From Chlorokybus atmophyticus (lineage: Eukaryota; Plantae; Mesostigma and Chlorokybus algae), in the NCBI GenBank assembly GCA_009103225.1, contig RHPI01002438.1, forward strand, positions 874,755 to 938,754: a stretch of 64,000 bases of DNA, written 5' to 3'. Under the pieces are notes generated by a model. It did not search any database. It was not told the DNA's origin and was given only the letters and a program-made list of their open reading frames with translations. The translations under genes and the position numbers were made by a program. Positions 55,456-64,000 of this stretch are shown piece after piece. The stretch's first letter is position 1. The number at the start of each line of letters is the position of its first letter.

Positions 55456-56226
55456 ACTTTACCGTGCTCGTATTTGCTTGGGTTGTAGCACAAATCAAGC
55501 AGTATGTGCTTCTGCTTCAGTACTCCGTTGGCGCGCAGCGCGGTAGTGGTACCGGGAAGAGCGTCCAATAACGCAATGAAGCCAAGAAGCAAAGGCGTGC
55601 CAGCGACTGGGAAGCTGCACAAGGCAGCCGCGCTGCTCAAGCTGAAGTTGACTGGGGCATGACATTTTGTCTGGGGAGGGACATGAGGGCCAACCAGCAA
55701 GTGGTCATGCTTGCGCCTTTAACCGCTGAGCCTCTCACAGACGCTCAGTACCGGGCCACTTGGCTAAAAGAGAGGTAAGCAACCATAGTGCAGTCGACTG
55801 TCGGTCCTGTTTTACTGTTGTCTCCATACTGGCTTCGCACATGGTGCCTGCTACTCTGACTGCTACTCTGCATGTCACGACAGGGGTGCGGACGGATATG
55901 CTAAAGATCAGGTGTTGACATTTGCAACACAACGCAATTGTTGTTGGCGTCACCACCATCGATTCTGTATGCGAGCCAGACCAACCAATGCGCACGAATT
56001 TAGTCTCCGTAAACCACTGGATGGCAGTGAGAAGCGAGGATGGCGACCTTGCCGTTCAACTACCTGTGAAAGAGAGGCATTTTCACTATGGCATGCTGGC
56101 AAGCAGCTGCCATGGTGGTTGTACTCTGGAGGTACATTGCTTGTTGTGGATATGCACGTGCTCCTGCTATGACTGTATGGTGGAATCCATGAGCACTTCT
56201 TGTGTTAAACACAACAACATGCAAGG

Positions 56227-59200
56227 TGTTGACAGTCATTCCTACATACGATCAGCATCGACCCTCCACACAAGAGTAGAAGGTCGTAAGGACGAGCACT
56301 AGGTCCGGACTTAGCAAGATGGCGTCGTCGGACCAGACTCCGGACTCCAAACTGGGACCTTATTAACTGCTTTGTATCTCCGCGTATACTTACTCATTAT
56401 AAGCGTGCAAGAGCTTGTTGCAAAGCTCTATCTGTAAGAAAGACAACGCAGCTTAGAGCGCGTCAAAAGGCTGAGTATAGCTTACGCAGTGCTTGCAAAT
56501 GTAGACGTGTGTGTAACTGGCTGGAATAAGAACTAGCGGACAACTTGTAATAGATGAATGTGACTTGTGTATGCTTTGGTGGCGGTAGCTCTGTCTCTGT
56601 GCATCCATGCTTGTCTCAGCTACATGTGCATGCTAGTCCTTCAACAGGTTATGGGCCCACACTATGCTTGAGGAGTGTGAGACTAGCTTGTGTGCATAAT
56701 TCTACACTACGGTAGCTTGTTGGTAGCAGAGCCTTGGGTGGCAACTGCAAGTGAAGGCAGGCACGACAGTCATGGAGGCGACCTACGACAAGGGGCAGAT
56801 TGCAGAGCTGGACACCGACAACTACAACACATGGTGCGTGGAGATGAAAGCCTTGCTCATCCACAAGAAGGTGTGGAAGTACATTAATCCGAAGGCACCA
56901 CCACCAACACCAAGAGCGAACAGTGTGTGGTCAGAGCATTTAGCAGAAGCACACTCTTTGCTTGTGTTGAACAGCAACCGCATCACTTTCTCATGCTCAC
57001 AGCATGTGAAGATGGTAGACAAGCTTGGGAAAAGCTGTTATCCGTTTTCAGAGCCAAGAACAATGCCAGAAAGTTGCAGCTACGCAAGCAGCTCAGCGCA
57101 CTCAGGAAGGAGGCAGCAGAACCTATTATAAAGTATGTTGCACGCGCGAGAGAGCTATGGGCAGACCTCATTAATGTCGGCCACAACATGGGGGAGACGG
57201 AGGTAGTGCTGGCACTTGTTGGAGGGCTACCAGCAGAGTACGAGGTCGTCGCAACCCTGCTGGAGACGTCATCATCAGAGTTGACGTTGGACGATGTGCT
57301 ACCGAAGCTGCTCACCGTGGAGCAGAGAGTTGTAAAGAAGGACGAGCAAGCTGATGCCGTCGCCTTCCACATCGGCAAGCAACGCAAAGAAGAGTTACAA
57401 TGAAGAGAAGTACAAGGGCAACAAGCTGGGCAACCCTTGTTACAAACACCTCACATGCTATTGGTGTGGTTGGAAGGGGCACATTGTGAAGAACTGTAGG
57501 AAGAAACAACAGGGGCAACTTAGAGCAAGCACCAGCAACAGCAGCAATGAGCATCATCACAAGCAGAAACATGTCGCCTTCACCGCATCCGGTTCGAGGG
57601 AGAACACAGCTTTCACTTTCTGAGTGGTGAACTCTGGCTGCGATCGTCATCTCACACCCAACAAGGCGGAGATGGAGAGCTACAAGAAGCTGACGTCTAC
57701 AGTGAAGGTAGTGGGCTTCGGTGGCGAAATACTGGTGGCTGAGGGAGTTGGCAACGTGCGACTCCAGTGCAAGGTTGGTAACACACTCCGCGAGGTTTTG
57801 TTACGCAACGTCCGCCATGTTCCTAAGGCTACTGCGAGTCTATTCTCTGTAAGATTTGCTGAGCGCTTGGGAGCAGAGATAGTGTTCCGGAAGGGTGGCT
57901 GCACAGTCATCCTTGATGGGGTCGTGCACATGGTTGGAATCGCTGATCCGGGAGGGCTCTACCACGTGGAGCAGCACCCTCATAACATTGACATTCAAGC
58001 CATGATGGTGAAGGACAAGGAGTCGCCAACATTGTGGCATCGAAGGTTCGGGCATCGCAGCTACGTCAACCTCACTCGCCTTCTCGCTGAGAAGATGGTC
58101 AAGGGCATCCATCTCAGCACAGAAGACCTCAAGAATGCATCAGGTGCACTTTGTGAACCATGCCTGGTTGTAAAGCAGCATGCTATGCCATTCCCATTAT
58201 CCTCTTATAGCAGTCAGCATCCTTGCGAGCTTGTGCACATGGATATCTGTGGCCCTATGCGCATTGTGGCGAAGGGAGAGGTCAGGTACTTTGCTACATC
58301 CCTCGACGACTACAGCAAGCTATCCGTCAGCTTTCCGTCGATTGAAGTTAGAAGGTGCTAGAGCTGTGCGCACAGTTGCGGCCTTGTTGCAGACCTAGCC
58401 TGGCAACAAGATGAAGGCAATGAGGAGTGATTGAGGATGGGAGTACACTAGTAAGGAGTTGAAGGAGTTCTTCGCCAGCAATGGCATACGCCACGAGACA
58501 ACGGCACCCTACACCCCGCAGCAGAATGGAGCAGCTGAACGCCTAAACAGGACACTCTTGGAGCGTGTTCGAGCCATGCTCAACGATACAAAGATGGAAG
58601 ACAGTCTGTGGAAGGAGGCGGTACTCACTGCCAGCTACATTCGCAACAGGTCTCCGGTGAGCTCAAAGCAGAAGACTCCGTGGGAGCACTTCCATGGAGC
58701 CACACCAGATGTGAGTGGTATGCGTGTGTTTGGATGCACAGCATATGCACTAGTGCCTAAACAGCTCAGGCACAAGTTGAAACCGGTCAGCAGAAGAAGG
58801 GCATCTTCGTTGGCATCGAGCTGGGTTCCAAGACTTACAGGATCTTGCTGGAAGACACTCAGAAGATCATCGTGAGCAGAGAGGTGGTTTTCCATGAGGT
58901 TATCACAACCAGAAGCAGGCTTCTTTGCTCGAGATGAAGATGAAGCACAGCCGGAGGAACTTCCTACGACAGGGGAAGTTGCAAGGCCATCATCAACAAC
59001 AAGGGTGAGCGAGACTCAGTTGTAGCAGGCCGAAGGAGCCGCACCTGCAGCAGGAGCACGCAGCTCGGATATACCTAGTGAGGGAAAGAAAGGCACCCGA
59101 CTTCCTATAGAAGGCACACGTCGCCAGTGTGCAGAATGAGGAGCCAAGCACCTACGAGGAGGCATTGTTAGCACCAGATGCGGAGCAATGGCAGCGTGCT

Positions 59201-61307
59201 ATGGACGAGGAGATTGCGTCACTCCATGCCAACAACACCTGGTCACTGGAGCAGTTACCGCAAGGAGTGAAGACCTATTCAGTGAAATGGGTCTTTAATG
59301 TGAAGCGTGATGGTCAGGGCAACATTGAGCGCTACAAGGCAAGATTAGTGGCAAAGGGCTTCTTGCAACAGGAAGGTGTGGACTTCAACGAAGTGTTTGC
59401 ACCTGCAAGTAAGCATACCACCTTCCGTGCACTAGCAGTGCACTAGCAGTGCACGGAAGGTGGTATGCTTACTTGCAGGTGCAAACACTTCGTTGAAGTC
59501 CACACCTTCCTGTTGCAAGAAGCCCTTTGCCACTAATCTTGCCTTGTAGCGCTCAATGTTGCCCTGACCATCACGCTTCACATTAAAGACCCATTTCACT
59601 GGGCTAGCTATGGTTGCTGCTGAAGACCTAGAGCTGCATCACCTGGATGTGAAGACTGCCTTCCTCTCGGAGAGCTGGAGGAGGAGATCTTCATCGAGCA
59701 ACCACCTGATTATGGAGAAGGGGAGAGAGGCACAGCGTGCAAGCTGATCAAGGCACTGCACTGGCTGTGACAGGCACCGCGTACGTGGCACATCAAACTC
59801 ACCAAGGAGCTGAAGGCACTTGGCTTCACTGCATCCTCTGCAGACCCTGGGCTCGTCTTCCATATAGACATCAAGGCCTGGCTGCTCATGTATGTGGATG
59901 ACATTCTCATCATTGCCAGGCAAGTGCACCACCTGCAGTTTACGAAACTTGCTCTACAGCAATCATTCTCAGTTCGTGATCTTGGAGAGGCCAAGTGGTT
60001 CCTTGGCATGGTGATTGAGCGCGACAGGTCTGCTCGCACAATCAAGATCAGTCAGGAGCAGATGGTGAGCAGACTCGTCATTAGGTTCGGGCTCACTGAA
60101 GCGAAGACCAAGACCACACGGTTGGCACTTAGCACTGCCCTCATCAAGGCAAAGGATGAGGAGGTACTCAACAAGGCTCAGTATCTATATGGTGAGCTAG
60201 TAGGCAGCATGCTCTATTGGGCAGTGTGCACACGTCCCGATGTTGCACATGCTGTGGGAGTATTTGCTCGCTACATGTCTGCACCGAGCATGGAGCACTA
60301 GAGAGCAGCGAAGGCAGTACTACGCTATGTTGCTGGGAGCGCAACAGTTTGCATCAAGTTTGGGAGCGGGAGCACTGAGTTGGAGGGCTACTGCGACTTA
60401 AACTTTGCTGGTGGCCTCGACAGCAGGAGGTTCACAACAGGCTACGTGTTCAAGATGAACGGAAGCATGGTGAGCTGAAACAGCAGGCTGCAGCCAACAA
60501 CAGCAGCATCTACATCAGAGGCTGAGTACATGGCAGCGGCAGCAGCAGTGAAGGAGGCACTCGGGCCTCGCAAGCTCATGACAGACTTGGAGCACCTTAT
60601 GGCGTGCATCGTCAGCGACTGTGACAACCAAGAAGCCATCAAGTTGTTGAAGCACCCTATCGCCTCGGCAAGGACGAAGCACATTGATGTCATGCATCAC
60701 TTTGTGCGTGCCAGAGAACAAGGAAGGAGGTGGAGTTTCAGTACTGCAACACCGAGGGCATGCTAGCGGACTTCATGACAAAGCCATTGTCACCGCTCAA
60801 GTTCAAGACTTGTTGTGCAGGACTTGGCATTTGTGTTTAACTACAGAAGCAAGCGTTGGAGGTCAAGCTGCTCGCGTGGGAGTGTTGAGAGTCATTCCTA
60901 CATGCGATTAGCATCGACCCTCCACACAGGAGTAGAAGGTCGTAAGGACCATCATTAGGTCCGGACTTAGCAAGATGGCGTCGTCGGACCAGACTCCGGA
61001 CTCCAGACCAGAGCCTTACTAACTGCTTTGTATCTCCGCGTATAGTTACTTATTATAAGCGTGCAAGAGCTTGTTGGAAAGCTCTATCTGTAAGAAAGAC
61101 AACGCAGCTTAGAACGCGTAAAAAGACTGAGTATAGCTTACGCAGTGCTTGCAAACGTAGACGTGTGTGTAACTGGCTGGTATAAGAACCAGCGGACAAC
61201 TTGTAATAGATGAATGTGATGTGACTTGTGTATGCTCTAGTGGCGGTAGCTCTGTCTCTGTGTGTCTATGCTTGCCTCAACTACATGTGCATGCTAGTCC
61301 TTCAACA
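56227..61307 (+). mobile_element. Ty1/copia LTR retrotransposon B, same family as A, decayed
   Basis: LTRs 56227-56646 and 60883-61307, PBS GGTTATGGGCCCAC at 56647, TSD CAAGG/CAGGG (one mismatch). gag-PR-INT-RT-RH fragments are highly similar to element A. Confidence 0.98.
59280..59601. repeat. Perfect 154-bp inverted duplication (fold-back) inside copia B RT
   Basis: 59280-59433 is the exact reverse complement of 59448-59601, with a 14-nt spacer. Normal RT sequence resumes at gctagctatgg. Confidence 0.95.
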
Positions 61308-63126
61308 CAGGGCAGGGAAATGGAGTGGCCCATGATGTTCTTGGCCAGCGGAGGCATCTGCCCCTGTGAGGCATGCACTAACGCTGAGCGCATTGCGGTG
61401 CCTGGTTGCATCAAAAACCTGCTGCCTACGCCCGCAGGCAGGCACAGCACAGACACAGAGTTTAATAAGGGCTGATGTTAGGCTGCTATCACATGATGAA
61501 TAGTCGCCAATGCAGTCCATTGATCACGCATTACATGTTGCAGTTCTTGACAATCATCAGCGCATTGCATTGCAGACTGTCGATAATATTGACAGTCGCC
61601 AATGGACTGCACTGACCACTCTGAGTCATATGCAGGTTGCTGGGGCGATCTCTGACTGTGAAAATGAAGCAGCCGCCGCCATGGACTTGCGAATTGCAGC
61701 GGGGATTGTGTGCAACATCAAGCCCAACGCCCCACCAAAGAGGAGGCAATGGACATATATGAGTACTACCACCACATCGAGCACACGCTGTTCCACAATG
61801 GTCACCAGCTGGCATTCAAGGACCCCCGACCGAATGGAGCGTGTGCTAGACGAGCTAATATTGAGAGCGATTGTCAGCTTTGCTACCAGGAAAAAGTGGT
61901 TGGTGTTCAAAAGATATTAAAGGAGGGTGCGAGTGGGGATCCAATCGCAAACTACCAGGTATGCATACTTCTTTGCAGCAAGTTAAAAACGGTTTTGCTG
62001 GTTTTCAAGAGTGATGACTTGGTATAATGCAGGGCTTTTGAGCGAGGCAAAGAAGAGAAAGCCATGCCAACTCAAGAGGCGGTGGATGTGACAGCCCGCG
62101 TCATCCTCCTGGGTGGGTGGTTTCCTATGATATGGTCAAGTTACTGTTTGTGTAAGCACGTGACAGTACAGTTGTTGTGCGGAGCTCAACAAGCATGCGC
62201 TGAGTGTTTGCAAGAGATGCTGTCGAGCAAGGCTGTCGTGGATGTCTTCACATTGGGGCTGAATCAACCAGGGAAAGCACAAGTCTCGCTTCCAAGCGAA
62301 GGTGCTGGCAACACAACAGACTGATGTTGTTAGCTGCTCCTGTTACCTCCTGTAACCGCAGCGTGAAGTGCTGAAGGAGACTGTAGCTACAGCCTCACTG
62401 GCTTGTCACTGATGGGCTGTGTGATAGTATATTACAGCAACTCTGTGAATTGCATGCGTGTTGGATTGTATGCACCAGGCACGGTGCAGGCACCAGTGCT
62501 AAGACCATGCATAGATTCAATGGATGTGACATTATGACAGACCATGCATGGTGCGACTGTCAATCAGACCATGTGGTGCGTTGTCTGTTATGACCAGACA
62601 TGGTGCCGCTTGTGGATCATGCATGGCTTCAATAGTTGTGACATCACGATAGACCATGCATGGTGCAACTGTCAATCAGACCATGTATGGTGCGTTGTCT
62701 GCTAGGACCATGCATGGTACCGCTTGAGGACCATATATGCACAACAACGTTCGTATCCATGGATCGTGCATGGTGCGACTGTCGATCAGACTTGCACCAT
62801 AAATGGTTTGAAATATGTCAGTTTAAACAAAGACTTCCGATCCGTATCCATGGACCGTGCATGGTGCGACTGTCAATCACCGGAGATATGGAAGTAACAA
62901 ACCATGCCTGGTCTTCTGCGCCAGGGGGCATTGCACCATACATGGTCCTTGCAAACTCATATAAACAGGTCACCATAAATGGTGCGACTCCCAAAAAAAC
63001 ATGGGACCGTTCACGAGAGGTTTGGACCATGCATGGTACGACTGTCGTTGACATTCCGACCACATATGGTCAAATCGTGGTCAAGAGGTACGGACCATCC
63101 ATGGCCCTTTGATGTCAATCGGTGTG

Positions 63127-63380
63127 ATTACAATGAATGATGAGCAGCTAAAGCAGCTGGCGGTTGTGTGCTGTGGCACTGAGCAACCACTTACAACAGC
63201 GCAGGATGGCCGGCAATGAGAATTATGACGGAAGAAGGAGGTGGCGCTAATGGAGAGTGTGGCACCTCTTCCTTTTTGCGACCACGCACGGATGGGTAGC
63301 ATCTCAACCTGACGTATCATGCAAGCGGTTGTGCAGTTTGCAATCAAGAAAAAGTGGCTGGGTGAAGACCCAACGCAGGG
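63127..63380 (+). pseudogene. Decayed exon whose 5' part lies at ~53808-53825, split by the CACTA-like element
   Basis: Removing the element and one ATT gives GSVREITMNDEQLKQLAVVCC...IMQAVVQFAIKKKWLGEDP, downstream of a CAG acceptor. In-frame stops are present. Confidence 0.55.
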
Positions 63381-64000
63381 TGGTCAGATGGGCTGGATAC
63401 ACACGAGGAAACGGCCAGGTGTTTTATGCTTACAGACCACTCAAAGGTTTGCTTATAGGCTTGGCAGCTGTGACCAGTGCCACACTGCAGTCGATAGGGT
63501 ATGGTCATAGGCTGCTCGCCTGTAGGCTGATAGTACGGTGTACAAGTGGTCTGGCCTCTGTGTATGTAATTATACACATTCGCCACTCATTGTAAAATGC
63601 TGGCATGCCGGATGAAAGTGAGACACCTGCGCCAAAGAGGTTCCTCTTCATAGGGCAAAGGGAGCCAAGCAGGACGGCATCCTCCAAATCAGAGATGTGC
63701 AAAGTTACTACGGTTACATGTTGCTACTATTACGTGTCTATTCTTTAAGAAATGGACATTGTGTTCTACAGTTGCCGTGTTGCTCATATGCGAAGTGCGC
63801 GCAGTGTCTACTACAACAGATGTTGGTGCATGCGGTGTGCGCTTGTTTGTCTGAAAGGCCGTCCATAATTGCAGTTTAGAGCAAACAGAAGGAGCGTGCA
63901 GTGCCGAGATCACGTGGTGTGCGCAGCGTGCGCTTCGTCTCATCATAGGCAGTCCATGAGCGCTGGTGACCTTAGTAGTAGCTATAGAACGCTGCTGATA

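Larger units (their letters stand above)
53826..63126. mobile_element. CACTA/EnSpm-like TIR element with CACAC termini, non-autonomous, containing nested copia B
   Basis: Left end CACACGGATTGACGTTTAAGGG versus right-end reverse complement CACACCGATTGACATCAAAGGG. 3-bp TSD ATT (53823-25 and 63127-29). Palindrome-rich subterminal arrays at both ends. No transposase recognised inside. Confidence 0.85.

Noticed and set aside
39129-56226. Inversion by recombination between oppositely oriented copia A and B
   Set aside because: Each element keeps its own target-site duplication, so no exchange occurred.

Overview
Intron-rich eukaryotic DNA (~50% GC) from a green alga. An early-diverging streptophyte such as Chlorokybus is plausible, but that is inference from gene and TE content only. 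The window has two halves. From 1 to ~32.5 kb it is gene-dense, with ten spliceable genes: an unknown secreted protein, an EGF+GT47 exostosin-family glycosyltransferase, NDUFS4, a villin-headpiece-only protein, GNA1, a JMJD5-like JmjC protein, SNU13, a DJC82-like DnaJ/ferredoxin, an ARM-repeat protein and a SEC14/CRAL-TRIO protein. It also holds a Penelope-like RT remnant and AT-rich spacers. From ~32.5 kb to the end it is a nested transposon cluster. This contains two decayed Osser-type Ty1/copia elements with half-tRNA PBS, and a decayed chromodomain Ty3/gypsy with a shared gag UAG followed in frame by an adenine-methyltransferase-like segment. It also contains an inverted gypsy fragment, a CACAC-ended CACTA-like element with an ATT target duplication and palindromic subterminal arrays, and a decayed multi-exon gene joining a pseudo-SET domain to an Ulp1-type SUMO protease. 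Exon boundaries and alignments were done by eye; no database search was run.
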